Virus record (IMG/VR): IMGVR_UViG_3300044641_004197
Location: 1-64,000 of that record
Source: a virus
Strand: one strand, 5' to 3'
DNA: 64,000 nucleotides
Each line of letters starts with the position of its first letter. Within the stretch, counting starts at the first letter, position 1. The translations under genes and the position numbers were made by a program. The notes beneath the pieces were generated by a model, which was given only the letters and a program-made list of their open reading frames with translations, was not told the origin of the DNA and did no database searches. Positions 10,300-20,124 of this stretch are shown one piece after another.

Positions 10300-12879
10300 T
10301 TATAACTTTTGATATATTTCAGAGTTGCTGAACTCAGAAACAAATGTTTCTAACATTATATTCTTTCTTAAATCAAAGTTCAACAAATAATTATGAGTCT
10401 GTCTAATCAAATCTAAATTTTTTAATTTATTTTCAGCCTCATTATAGTCGTTGAAATAAAATGGATAGTCTTCTCCTAAATATTCAATGACTGCAGGATG
10501 TCGATTTATCAAAATTGGAGTAGCTCTTGCTATTGCTTCAATAATTGCATTATTGGCACTACTATCATATAAGTCTAAAAATATAATATTTTCGGTCAAT
10601 AATTTGTCATAGTCATCATTAGACAGATGATCCAATAAATTGACGGACTTAGTTTGATGTTCAGTTAATTCAATGTTATATAAAGCACGTTCTACTTTAG
10701 ATAATCTGAATATAGTATCCTTACATTTATTATTTGGTAACAACCTTACTTTTTTATAAGGACTGTTTAGTAAATAAAAAGAATTTAGTTTTCTCAACCA
10801 CCATCCAATATTAACTACCGATTTATCGTTGTTCTTTATAAAATTTTCAAAATTAAACTTGTTATCTGGAATTTCAGTTGGATGATATAATACATTTATT
10901 GGTATATGTGAAATAATAGCTTTTAAGAAATTTGCATGATATTTCGACAATACATATAAACCTTTACAGTAAATTAAACTTTGTTTGAAATACTTATCAT
11001 TTAATATAGAATTTGGATATGCACTATTATCACTAAACCAAGTAGGCATATTAGGTGGGTTATGAAAAAATCCAACCCATGGCTTTCTATATGGAATATT
11101 TTTCTTGGATATAAACTCTTCTTTTCTCCACACAAAAGCATTTTCCAAAAACCCATCAACAATTATTCCACGGTTATTATGTAAATCAAACAATCCACCC
11201 AAAGCATAATCCCATCCAGATCTATGAGAATAGAATGAAATCTGGTTGTAATTTAAATTTATTTTACCACTTGGATTGTGTTTTGACGTTTTTATAAACA
11301 TCTCACCATAGTTACCATACTCAGTCACAATTTTACCGCCTAATTCTAGGCTCCTGTTTGTTTTTAAATTCTCATAGTATTCAGGAGTAATATATCGAAT
11401 AGAATCTATATTAAGAGTTCTTATGTTATCATTTTTATAATTTAAACTGATTGCATAAAGTTTATATGACAACTCTCTAGTATCACTGCTATTATATGTA
11501 AGTGAAGGAACAAAATAGTTTTGCAATAGTTTTATTTTAGGACTTATTTTAGTTATTTCTAAATTATTAGAACCCACACTAAAACTGTATTCTTTATTAT
11601 TACAGTATAACTTACCCTCAAATTCCGCGATAAAATGTAGAGTAATAGAATTTATAGTGTTGTCAAACACATATATGTCGAGTTCTTTAGATATCCATTT
11701 GAAATGAGATTTTCCGTCATGTTCCAAATCATAAACACCTTCACCAATACAGATTGGGTTTTTTTGTAAAAATTTACCAAATTGATTATCCGTATTTTTT
11801 AACATCAATTTCGATACGTGATCCAAATCAACTATTGCCCATTTATACGATTCGTCAAAATTAAACTTAGGAAATGAGGAAGAATTTACTGATTCTAAAG
11901 AGCAATTTACTAGTCCATCATAATTCTCGCCCAAATATTCTACATGACCACCAAATTTAGTAGTAATAATAGGTTTATTCAAATTAAAAGCATCAAATAT
12001 ACCTAATCCAAATCCCTCTGCTTTAGCCAACGAAATATAACAATCTCCGATATCATGTAAACTCTGTAATTCATCGAAGTTTAAATTTTCTTTAATAAAG
12101 GCTATAGGTGCATATTTTTTATTATTACATAACTTTATAGTTTCACTTATAGATTCAATACATTTCTTCTGTTCTTCTACTGAATGACCGTCTCTAAATG
12201 TTTTCAATAACAAAATAACACCATCATTTTCAGTGTATGTTTCGCAAAAAACCTTTACTAATTCTAATACGCCTTTTCTATCCGTTAATTGAGATATCGA
12301 ATAAAACTTATAGGCATCTTCAAATTGTCTATCAAGGATAGGAGAATCTGAAAAAACAATTGATTTTTTCTTTAAAAAATGTTCTAACTCATATCTTTTA
12401 TAAGGATAGGAAACAAATATATGAGGATCTACTAATATAGGTTTCTTTACACCCGATTTAATAAATGTAGTTTTATTCCATTCAGTAGGCACACTCACAT
12501 AATCGACCGCACTATTATTTATAGAATCAACCCATTCAGGCACCAACTTTTCAAATTCCCAGACAGTCCTTCCTATTAATACACCAGTATTTAACTTTAA
12601 ATCACTAATCAGTTTAGGCCATATATCTGGTGTAGAATGAATAATAGTAGTATCTAGATTTTCTAATTCTATAGAAGTAGTCTTATTAATATAAATATCA
12701 AAGTTAGAGCTTTGATTTTTGTGGGATTCATCACATGCAAATTGTATTGATTTAACGTCTATTTTTTTATTTAAAAGTTCGTAAATATAACCTTTAGCCG
12801 CATTCGCATATCCGGATGTTCCAGACTGACATACATATAATACTTTATTTTTTATAAAATTCCAAGAACTATTATTCAT
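10300..12879 (-). CDS. Multidomain glycosyltransferase (GT4 domain plus C-terminal HRSGW GT-B-like domain)
   Basis: SGYANAA, TVWE, AEGFGLGIFDA; second domain HRSGW...GWWLR...SANNAIIEAIARATPILIN. Confidence 0.75.
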   Translation of the reverse strand: MNNSSWNFIKNKVLYVCQSGTSGYANAAKGYIYELLNKKIDVKSIQFACDESHKNQSSNFDIYINKTTSIELENLDTTIIHSTPDIWPKLISDLKLNTGVLIGRTVWEFEKLVPEWVDSINNSAVDYVSVPTEWNKTTFIKSGVKKPILVDPHIFVSYPYKRYELEHFLKKKSIVFSDSPILDRQFEDAYKFYSISQLTDRKGVLELVKVFCETYTENDGVILLLKTFRDGHSVEEQKKCIESISETIKLCNNKKYAPIAFIKENLNFDELQSLHDIGDCYISLAKAEGFGLGIFDAFNLNKPIITTKFGGHVEYLGENYDGLVNCSLESVNSSSFPKFNFDESYKWAIVDLDHVSKLMLKNTDNQFGKFLQKNPICIGEGVYDLEHDGKSHFKWISKELDIYVFDNTINSITLHFIAEFEGKLYCNNKEYSFSVGSNNLEITKISPKIKLLQNYFVPSLTYNSSDTRELSYKLYAISLNYKNDNIRTLNIDSIRYITPEYYENLKTNRSLELGGKIVTEYGNYGEMFIKTSKHNPSGKINLNYNQISFYSHRSGWDYALGGLFDLHNNRGIIVDGFLENAFVWRKEEFISKKNIPYRKPWVGFFHNPPNMPTWFSDNSAYPNSILNDKYFKQSLIYCKGLYVLSKYHANFLKAIISHIPINVLYHPTEIPDNKFNFENFIKNNDKSVVNIGWWLRKLNSFYLLNSPYKKVRLLPNNKCKDTIFRLSKVERALYNIELTEHQTKSVNLLDHLSNDDYDKLLTENIIFLDLYDSSANNAIIEAIARATPILINRHPAVIEYLGEDYPFYFNDYNEAENKLKNLDLIRQTHNYLLNFDLRKNIMLETFVSEFSNSEIYQKL

Positions 12880-12886
12880 AACTTAT

Positions 12887-12914
12887 ATTGTATCAGATAA
12901 ATAGATACCGTCAT
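12887..12914 (-). promoter_or_regulatory. Extended -10 promoter for the 859-aa GT operon
   Basis: ATGACG-16 nt-TACAAT with TG extension; -10 ends 7 nt before ATG 12879. Confidence 0.45.
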
Positions 12915-13861
12915 TTTAATTCTTTCAACAATCTAGCAATACAAGCCATGAAAGTAATTTCTTTATTTACCACCAAACTACTCTGATGCAAATACTCCGC
13001 AATTGTCAAAATTGCCAATGTCTGTTTACCAGCCGCATATTCATCAACACGTTCAAATAACAACTGATAAAGTTCATCGAATTGACGAAGACCTTCATCC
13101 GCAACCAATTGACGAATATCATTAAATGCAGTTGAAGGTTTAGTTCTCATTAATTCCATTAACTTAACCTTAATATCCTTACCAACCGAATCCATTTGAT
13201 TGATCTTGATCTCCCCATTCAAAACACTCTGTTGGGAATAATTCAAAATCTTTCTGATATCTGGATAATAAGCATTTACAATATATGCCAAATCGCCTGG
13301 AACATACTTAATCTGTTCTTTAGACAGAATATTACTTATATGGATTGCCACCTCTTTCTTACTAAGAGGTTCAATCTTATAAGTCTGACAACGAGACACC
13401 AACGCGGAAATAATCTTCTCTACATAATTACAAGTAAGGATAAACCGTGTAGTCAAACTATAGGTTTCCATCATATTACGAAGAGCCGCTTGAGCTTCTT
13501 GACTCAAGAAATCTGCCTCATCAAGAATGATAACCTTAAGTTTCTTAAATCCAGCACTACTAGCAAAACCCTTGATCTTATTACGAACGTTATCTACACT
13601 ATTTTCGTCAGACGCATTTACATACAAAATATCACATTGAATGTTCTTGGTGATCGCTTTTGCCAGTGTAGTCTTTCCAGTTCCAGCAGTTCCATAAAAT
13701 AACAAGTGTGGAACGTCTCCTTTATCGATAAAGGACTTAATAGTATCTTTTAATTGTTGATTTCCAATATAATTCTCTAAAGTAGTTGGACGATACTTCT
13801 CAACCCAAAGATAATGTGTATTTTCTGACGGTTTAACTTCTTCAAATTCAATAAAACTCAT
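12911..13861 (-). CDS. Clamp loader AAA+ subunit (RFC small / T4 gp44-like)
   Basis: LWVEKYRP, GTAGTGKT, NASDE, ILDEAD, SRC motif. Confidence 0.95.
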   Translation of the reverse strand: MSFIEFEEVKPSENTHYLWVEKYRPTTLENYIGNQQLKDTIKSFIDKGDVPHLLFYGTAGTGKTTLAKAITKNIQCDILYVNASDENSVDNVRNKIKGFASSAGFKKLKVIILDEADFLSQEAQAALRNMMETYSLTTRFILTCNYVEKIISALVSRCQTYKIEPLSKKEVAIHISNILSKEQIKYVPGDLAYIVNAYYPDIRKILNYSQQSVLNGEIKINQMDSVGKDIKVKLMELMRTKPSTAFNDIRQLVADEGLRQFDELYQLLFERVDEYAAGKQTLAILTIAEYLHQSSLVVNKEITFMACIARLLKELK

Positions 13862-13873
13862 ATAATTAATAGT

Positions 13874-13914
13874 AAAATTGGCTTCTCTTACAACAGGTAA
13901 AAGAAGCCAATTCT
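13874..13914 (-). terminator. Hairpin/intrinsic terminator between clamp and clamp loader
   Basis: Minus strand AATTGGCTTCTTTTAC-CTGTT-GTAAGAGAAGCCAATT followed by short T run. Confidence 0.6.
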
Positions 13915-13954
13915 TAATGATGTAGGTTTTCCTTTTCTGTTAACATCCAGTATA

Positions 13955-14692
13955 TCAGTCAACGTTCTTAGTTTCAACGATATAATAAACCGATGTAAAG
14001 TCTCCACAAACAAACTCAGCCGTAGCTAGTCCTGCATCGCTAACTTTAAGGACAGCGGTTTCACAATCCTTATTAGCCATCAAGATTTCCTTGAAGTGGT
14101 TTGCGTTAAAATGAATAGTCTTAGACACGGTATCCTTACCTTCATTGGTATCAACCGACAACTTAACTCTGTTGGTATTAATGCTTGAATATCCCAAGAC
14201 AAACTCCAACTTACCCTTCTTGTTCATCAAGAGTGTGAAAGTATCAACATCTGGAAGAGCATTCTTCGCCTGAATAAACCTACCAACAAACTCAGAAGTC
14301 AACTTGATCTCCACATTAAACGGAGGAACCTTCTTAAGAGGTGGTGCTGCCGGAATAACTGAAAGGTCAGCGGTAACATACTGAATATCAGTTTTGTCAT
14401 CACTGAAGGTAATACTAGTCATCTTATCATTGACAATATCATAATTACCCTTGATTTCGTCATCCAATACATTCAACAACTTCAATAGTTTGGAAGTATC
14501 ATTAATACCGATTTCAGAGTTATCCAACTCATCAAAATTGTTCTTTACAACTGACAATAATACATTCTTGTCGTCAGTCAAAGCATTGACTTTAAGTGTC
14601 TTGGATGCGCTATCCACGATAATTCTAACCGATTCGATAGTTCCACCCAAATAATATTTGTTAATGAACGTTTTTAGTGTTTCTTTTGTCAT
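13955..14692 (-). CDS. DNA sliding clamp (gp45/PCNA-like)
   Basis: 245 aa between PolB and clamp loader; IGINDTSKLLKLL and C-terminal LKVSDAGLA..F...YYI pattern. Confidence 0.75.
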   Translation of the reverse strand: MTKETLKTFINKYYLGGTIESVRIIVDSASKTLKVNALTDDKNVLLSVVKNNFDELDNSEIGINDTSKLLKLLNVLDDEIKGNYDIVNDKMTSITFSDDKTDIQYVTADLSVIPAAPPLKKVPPFNVEIKLTSEFVGRFIQAKNALPDVDTFTLLMNKKGKLEFVLGYSSINTNRVKLSVDTNEGKDTVSKTIHFNANHFKEILMANKDCETAVLKVSDAGLATAEFVCGDFTSVYYIVETKNVD

Positions 14693-14717
14693 ATTTTTTA
14701 TTTAATTGTATTCTACT

Positions 14718-14746
14718 ACTATACTTTATGGTTTCTTTATGGTCAA
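14718..14746 (-). promoter_or_regulatory. sigma70-like promoter of clamp gene
   Basis: TTGACC-17 nt-TATAGT; -35 box contains the upstream gene's TGA stop. Confidence 0.65.
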
Positions 14747-15159
14747 CTTTTTATATCAAAATCAAAGAATTGTTTTGCAGTATCCGTATAATCGTCCGGT
14801 AAAATTATGCAGGGAGACCCGTCAACTTTATATAAATCATCTGGTGAAATATAAAAACATCCTATCTTATAATCTGCATATGCTACACTTCTCATTTGAT
14901 AATATACCTTTGCATTACAATCAGTTGTTCTAAACTCAATATAATATACCTTTGGGTCACTTAATCTATATAATTGACTGGTTGGTATATACAATTTAGT
15001 ATCAACGATTTGATTTTTATTGAATTCTACATACGGCCCCCTTTGTCCTATAACCACTCTGTTATAACCATGGGAAATAACATATGGAACATTTACGCAC
15101 AAAGGGATATTTGACCCATCCTCAATCGGAATGGTTAGCATTTCTTTATATTTACTCAT
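14743..15159 (-). CDS. Hypothetical protein in replication operon
   Basis: RVVIGQRGPYVEF, KVYYQ...YADYK; between PolB and clamp. Confidence 0.65.
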   Translation of the reverse strand: MSKYKEMLTIPIEDGSNIPLCVNVPYVISHGYNRVVIGQRGPYVEFNKNQIVDTKLYIPTSQLYRLSDPKVYYIEFRTTDCNAKVYYQMRSVAYADYKIGCFYISPDDLYKVDGSPCIILPDDYTDTAKQFFDFDIKS

Positions 15160-15162
15160 AAC

Positions 15163-17706
15163 TTAAAATCCGAAAAACTCACTAGCTTTAGCTTCATCTT
15201 CATTAGGATACGACCAGTGTAATACTTCATAGAAATCAATTAGTTTACTCTTGAGTTCTTGTTCATACATCGTATCTCTATCAATATACTTCTCAATGAA
15301 GTTCATTATTTGATCTGGATCGGTTCCATCCGCTTTCATAGCAAGACATTCGATACCATATTCATTTTGTTTTAGATATACCCACTTAATTTTCTGACCG
15401 TGGAAGATCGGTGGAATGATCTTGGTAAGACCAAACTTCTCAAGCAAGTCATTATAATGTAAAGCCGCTTTAACTTGTGCAGGAGTTCCACTGATAATCT
15501 GAAAAGGCAATCTCTTCTTTGGATTGTAATCCTTTCGTTTATCTTGACTCTGGAACTTAACACTGGTGTTCTTAGCAATATCAATAACACTATATGTCTT
15601 CATATCCTCCTTAAACTGAAGAATATTCTTATTAATAGTCTCTTGTTCCACTTTCTTTAGAAGATCAATCAAGAAACCTTTCATAAAAGTTCTGAACTTT
15701 GCTGGGAATGATGTTCTTACAACGTCAATACCTTTAACTTCAAGTTCATCACACACTACACCACCCTTGTTGATGATGAACTGGGCATATCTCTTCTTAG
15801 CCAACCAAAAGGATGTCTTAGCAATCACTTCTTGTTTCGCATCAAATCTATGAGTCTTGATATTAAATAATCTCAATGCCATTATATCAAACATCTTGTT
15901 TACATATGTCTGAGCTTCGCCAGTAACCTTTAGAATAGCCTCAGTCATTTGAGTTTCATCATTCAAATCAATATCAGGCATAGTCTTTTGGATAATAGGC
16001 AATGCACTAGCAAAGCAACTATCAGTATCTACATAGATAACATAGTCTTTGTCGTTTGCATCTTCACCCAACGTATTTTTATAGTATTGGTTAATAGCCT
16101 TATTAGCAGTTTGAATGATACTAACACCACTCAAAGTAACTGCTTCCGCATTATCCTTATCATAAAAACGGAATACAGGCAAACCCAAACAGCCATAAAT
16201 ACTGTTAAGCAAAATCTTTTGAATCTTTTGTCGTTGATCATAAAACTCATATAATTCCCAGTTCTTTTCTTCAGCATACTTACTGGCCATCTTACGCATT
16301 TCTTTACGTTCATTGAACCACTTAATTAGAATATTTGGTATAGTTCCACACTCTCCGTTTTCCGGAGGTTGTTTATACATAGCACCATTACTTGCAATAC
16401 TGAAATTATTATCAACCAGTAACTTTTTAAAATCATCACTATTATAACTTTGACCGGCAAGATAAACTGTAGGAAGATTTCCCCTCACAAATTCTTCAGC
16501 AGACCAATTTTCTGCTTTACCTACCTTAGTCTCTGGACTGATGTTAAGACTGATGATGATATTCGGATACATTGATGTAAGGTCCAAATCAAACACCCAA
16601 TCATAACGGCCAGGAACAGGATCTTTAACAAATGCTCCTTCAAACCCTTCTTCATTTTCTTCAAGTCTCTGTTCGTATTCTTCACGTCCTTCTAAAGGTT
16701 TATTTGGAGCAACTTTCTTCTTTCTACGAAGATACATAAGAATAGCACCCTCAAGGTATCTTGATGAAGTTCCAAACTGTTCATAAGAAACGTGACCGGT
16801 ATGACAAATACCTCTAGCAAGATCGATAAATTGAAGTTTCTTGTCAAGAGCTACAACGATTTTAACGTCATTCAAGTTATATTCGATATATTTGTTGATG
16901 TCTTCCTTATACAAATCATTCAAACTACCCTTATAACTGATCTTATCAATATTAACAACCTTCTTACCAATCGCACCTAGAGTATAACTAGGTTCATTCT
17001 TACCACTGAACTTCTTATATAGAATCAGATAATCCAAACAAGATACACCTGCAATAGTCATCTTTTCGGAAAACTTATTGAAATATGCAATACCAATCGG
17101 ACTAATTCTCTTTGCGTTGGTTTCTCCAACAACACGTTTGGTTCTATTGTAGAGATAGGTCATATCGAACCCATCAATGTTCCACCCAGTAACAATTGTA
17201 GGTCTGATTTCTTCCCACTTACTATAAAAATGTAACAACAATGATTCTTCATTGTCAAAACTTTTGATTTCAACATCTTCAGTTATACTATCTTGAAGTT
17301 TACATTCTTTATCTAGAATGAATGCAGTATACTTCTTTGTAGTAGAATCGTGAACAGCAATAGCTGTAATTTCTTTATCTCCTTGTTCAATAACAGGAAA
17401 TCCACCCTCCGAACTCACTTCGATATCGATAGTAGCAACAGTATGACCTTTTGAAGGATTATCACTATCTTCATACGCATCAATCAAAATACGAGTCTCC
17501 AGTGGAACATCACTCTCATACAATGACGGATCTCTCGGATTGAAATTGTAAACCTTCTCTAACTTATCTCCATAAATGCTCGTATATGTTCCACTTGCAC
17601 TCTTTCTATAGGCATAATTTCTAAATGGAAACTTAAGGTATCCTTTTTCATCATCCCACAAATGGATTTGGTTGTCTTTTCTATCAATAAAGATGTTCTG
17701 ATACAT
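15163..17706 (-). CDS. polB: Family B DNA polymerase (T4 gp43-like) with 3'-5' exonuclease
   Basis: DIE exo I, GWNIDGFD exo II, YNLND exo III, DLTSMYP, KILLNSIYG, YVDTDS. Confidence 0.97.
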   Translation of the reverse strand: MYQNIFIDRKDNQIHLWDDEKGYLKFPFRNYAYRKSASGTYTSIYGDKLEKVYNFNPRDPSLYESDVPLETRILIDAYEDSDNPSKGHTVATIDIEVSSEGGFPVIEQGDKEITAIAVHDSTTKKYTAFILDKECKLQDSITEDVEIKSFDNEESLLLHFYSKWEEIRPTIVTGWNIDGFDMTYLYNRTKRVVGETNAKRISPIGIAYFNKFSEKMTIAGVSCLDYLILYKKFSGKNEPSYTLGAIGKKVVNIDKISYKGSLNDLYKEDINKYIEYNLNDVKIVVALDKKLQFIDLARGICHTGHVSYEQFGTSSRYLEGAILMYLRRKKKVAPNKPLEGREEYEQRLEENEEGFEGAFVKDPVPGRYDWVFDLDLTSMYPNIIISLNISPETKVGKAENWSAEEFVRGNLPTVYLAGQSYNSDDFKKLLVDNNFSIASNGAMYKQPPENGECGTIPNILIKWFNERKEMRKMASKYAEEKNWELYEFYDQRQKIQKILLNSIYGCLGLPVFRFYDKDNAEAVTLSGVSIIQTANKAINQYYKNTLGEDANDKDYVIYVDTDSCFASALPIIQKTMPDIDLNDETQMTEAILKVTGEAQTYVNKMFDIMALRLFNIKTHRFDAKQEVIAKTSFWLAKKRYAQFIINKGGVVCDELEVKGIDVVRTSFPAKFRTFMKGFLIDLLKKVEQETINKNILQFKEDMKTYSVIDIAKNTSVKFQSQDKRKDYNPKKRLPFQIISGTPAQVKAALHYNDLLEKFGLTKIIPPIFHGQKIKWVYLKQNEYGIECLAMKADGTDPDQIMNFIEKYIDRDTMYEQELKSKLIDFYEVLHWSYPNEDEAKASEFFGF

Positions 17707-17713
17707 AATATAA

Positions 17714-17941
17714 CTAGTTTATACCCAATTTAAGTTTGAGACCAGTAAATTTATCCATGTGTTCTGGTTTTATAAATTTTTCACACTGCACTATTCTATC
17801 CACCAATCGGTTATGTTTGATCGAACAAAATAACCTTGGTTCCATTTCCCAAGACATTACAGAAGGATTTACTTTATTTACGATGAACCACAATAAAGAC
17901 AATTCATCTTCGTTTAAGGATTCTAGTTGAGATAATGTCAT
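17714..17941 (-). CDS. Small hypothetical protein
   Basis: 75 aa, first gene after a promoter, directly upstream of PolB. Confidence 0.6.
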   Translation of the reverse strand: MTLSQLESLNEDELSLLWFIVNKVNPSVMSWEMEPRLFCSIKHNRLVDRIVQCEKFIKPEHMDKFTGLKLKLGIN

Positions 17942-17947
17942 TCAACC

Positions 17948-17976
17948 AATATACCACACTAAAAACAAGAAATCAA
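17948..17976 (-). promoter_or_regulatory. sigma70-like promoter of PolB operon
   Basis: TTGATT-17 nt-TATATT with TG extension; 6 nt before ATG 17941. Confidence 0.55.
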
Positions 17977-18713
17977 TTTATTTTAATACCAACGACTTTT
18001 TTATCGATTACCACAAATTTTATATTTTCGTTTTGTTTTTGTGTATCATTCAATGTAGAGGAGAAAAACTTAGATTCATCTTCTTCCATCTTACGAACAT
18101 TAAATAAATGTTGTTTTCTAAACACCTCACCGTTTCTTCCCGTAAGTTTTGGTGCTTCTACTACCACTACTATATCACCTGTCTTTAATGTGACCTCTTT
18201 TTTACTGAATGTATCAAGCAATTTGATTTCACCTTCAATCGAAGCAACAGTGACACTCTTCTCATCTACTTTTATAAAATACTTACCCGATTTAGGCACA
18301 ATAGTTGTCATCATAGTTCCCAATATTAAATTTGGATTCTTAACTACAACTTCTAATTCACCTTCCAACAAAGAAGACTGTAACTCACTTTCTGCATATA
18401 TAATAGTTTCTGGTTGATTCTCTATGTTCTTTATTGGATGATCAAACGTATCTATTTGAATTTTAGTATTTTGATTTAACTTAAATAGTATATCATTGCT
18501 GAATACCACCGATGATTCGCCGTTCGTAGATGTAGATAAAGATATATTATTCGTATTTACATAATAACTCTTACCAACAACAATTTCTATCTTTTCAATT
18601 TTATTATTTTTGACATTTTCTATTTCAGTTTCTTTTGATTTATTTATATAAAATGTTCCGTCGCCAAGTAACGTTAACGTAAAAAATATAAGTGATATAA
18701 AATGTTTGATCAT
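17973..18713 (-). CDS. Secreted FecR-domain-like protein
   Basis: Signal peptide; VVFSNDILFKLNQNTKIQI, LLEGEL, VASIEGEI. Confidence 0.6.
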   Translation of the reverse strand: MIKHFISLIFFTLTLLGDGTFYINKSKETEIENVKNNKIEKIEIVVGKSYYVNTNNISLSTSTNGESSVVFSNDILFKLNQNTKIQIDTFDHPIKNIENQPETIIYAESELQSSLLEGELEVVVKNPNLILGTMMTTIVPKSGKYFIKVDEKSVTVASIEGEIKLLDTFSKKEVTLKTGDIVVVVEAPKLTGRNGEVFRKQHLFNVRKMEEDESKFFSSTLNDTQKQNENIKFVVIDKKVVGIKIN

Positions 18714-18733
18714 AATTAGTTGTAGTATATACT
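18706..18733 (+). promoter_or_regulatory. sigma70-like promoter for nuclease gene
   Basis: TTGATC-16 nt-TATACT; 9 nt before ATG 18743. Confidence 0.5.
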
Positions 18734-18742
18734 ATCATAAAT

Positions 18743-19654
18743 ATGTCCGAACCTACACAAGAAATCAAAAAGAAAAAGGTAAGTTTCAGCCAATTTTCAA
18801 TGTGGATGAAATGTCCTTATAGTTGGAAACTAAACTACCTTGAAGGTAAACGCATTTTTGACGCAAGCCTAAATACGTGTTTCGGAACAGCTATCCACGA
18901 TACAGTTCAAACCTATATCAAGAAGCTTTATACTGAAAGTGTAGAGTCCGCAGAATCATTGAATTTATATGAAATGTTCAAGAATAAATTTGATGATGAA
19001 GTTGTAAAAGAAAAGTCAAAGAATGAAAAATTCCCGTTTACAGACGAAGAATATACAGATTTTATATTCGACGGTGAGGATATTCTAAAGACTTTTATAA
19101 GTCCTAAGAATAGAGTTAAATATTTTCCTAGCAATAAATATGAATTTGTTGGTGTAGAACTTCCGTTGGAAATGCCTATCAAGAACAATGTAGAATTTAT
19201 TGCGTTTATCGATTTGGTCTTGAAAGATAAAGAAACTGGTAAAATTAAGATATGGGATTTTAAGACCAGCACGAATGGATGGAATAAATATCAAAAAGCC
19301 GATCCCGTCAAGTATAGTCAGGTTCTATTGTATAAAGCATTTTATGCCAAAAAGTTTAACTTGCCTATCAATATGATTGAAGTTGAGTTCTTTATATTGA
19401 AGAGAAAGTTGTATGAAAACGTAGACTTCCCCCAAAGTAGAATTCAAATATTTGAACCTTTACATGGAAAATTACAGATAGTCGAATCTCTCAACGATTT
19501 CTCACAATTTGTATCCGAATGTTTTACTGCCGACGGTTCGTATAACACGGAACAATCCTATCCTAAAATTCCAGGCAAAGCAAAGAAGAATTGTAAATAT
19601 TGCGCACACTATAAAGTAAACTGTGATGCCAAGGCAGATAAACTTCTTGATTAA
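18743..19654 (+). CDS. PD-(D/E)XK nuclease, Cas4/AddB-like with 4-Cys Fe-S staple
   Basis: SFSQ...CP, FGTAIH, FIDLV...IWDFKT, Q...Y, C-terminal CKYC...C. Confidence 0.85.
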   Translation: MSEPTQEIKKKKVSFSQFSMWMKCPYSWKLNYLEGKRIFDASLNTCFGTAIHDTVQTYIKKLYTESVESAESLNLYEMFKNKFDDEVVKEKSKNEKFPFTDEEYTDFIFDGEDILKTFISPKNRVKYFPSNKYEFVGVELPLEMPIKNNVEFIAFIDLVLKDKETGKIKIWDFKTSTNGWNKYQKADPVKYSQVLLYKAFYAKKFNLPINMIEVEFFILKRKLYENVDFPQSRIQIFEPLHGKLQIVESLNDFSQFVSECFTADGSYNTEQSYPKIPGKAKKNCKYCAHYKVNCDAKADKLLD

Positions 19655-19693
19655 AAAAATATCAAAAACTTTTTCGTCCATATATATGAATAT

Positions 19694-19912
19694 ATGAACA
19701 AAGAAACAGTTATGACATCTGTAAAAGTTCAAAAAGAACTTTACGAAGAATTCAAAAATAAAACAAACAAAACCAAGTTTTATTTACAAGATTTAGTCAA
19801 TCGTTCAATGAACCTATATTTGACCGACGAATCTTTCAAGAAAAGAATAGACGAATTTGCGCAATCTCAAGTAACAGATTCGTCTAAACCATTTAATTTG
19901 ACCCCCGTATAA
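19694..19912 (+). CDS. Small ribbon-helix-helix-like DNA-binding protein
   Basis: TSVKVQKELYEEFK...LQDLVNRSMNLY. Confidence 0.6.
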   Translation: MNKETVMTSVKVQKELYEEFKNKTNKTKFYLQDLVNRSMNLYLTDESFKKRIDEFAQSQVTDSSKPFNLTPV

Positions 19913-19920
19913 TTTTTTTA

Positions 19921-19950
19921 TAAGATTTTCATTACTTTTCTAAGATTTTC
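19921..19950 (+). repeat. 10-bp periodic direct repeats
   Basis: TAAGATTTTC-ATTACTTTTC-TAAGATTTTC. Confidence 0.7.
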
Positions 19951-19966
19951 TAATATATAGTAATAT

Positions 19967-20116
19967 ATGAAAAAGAAATCAGATAAATGGTCCATTCAAA
20001 TTTCGAAAAATTTGTATGAAAGTCTAAGAACTCATTGTAAAGAACGGGGATACAAAATCAGTGGGTTTGTAGAAAAAAGCATTAAATATACAATTTCAGG
20101 AAGCGCATTAGTATAA
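19967..20116 (+). CDS. 49-aa RHH/CopG-like protein (not in ORF track)
   Basis: Hand translation MKKKSDKWSIQISKNLYESLRTHCKERGYKISGFVEKSIKYTISGSALV. Confidence 0.6.
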   Translation: MKKKSDKWSIQISKNLYESLRTHCKERGYKISGFVEKSIKYTISGSALV

Positions 20117-20124
20117 AACAACTT

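Noticed and set aside
12911-17706. Archaeal or eukaryotic-virus origin suggested by RFC, clamp and PolB
   Set aside because: gp41-, gp32- and UvsX-like genes, bacterial NrdAB, sigma70 promoters and ATGA coupling point to a bacteriophage
18743-19960. CRISPR-Cas locus (Cas4-like gene plus repeats)
   Set aside because: Repeats are 10 bp with no real spacers; no cas1, cas2 or array seen
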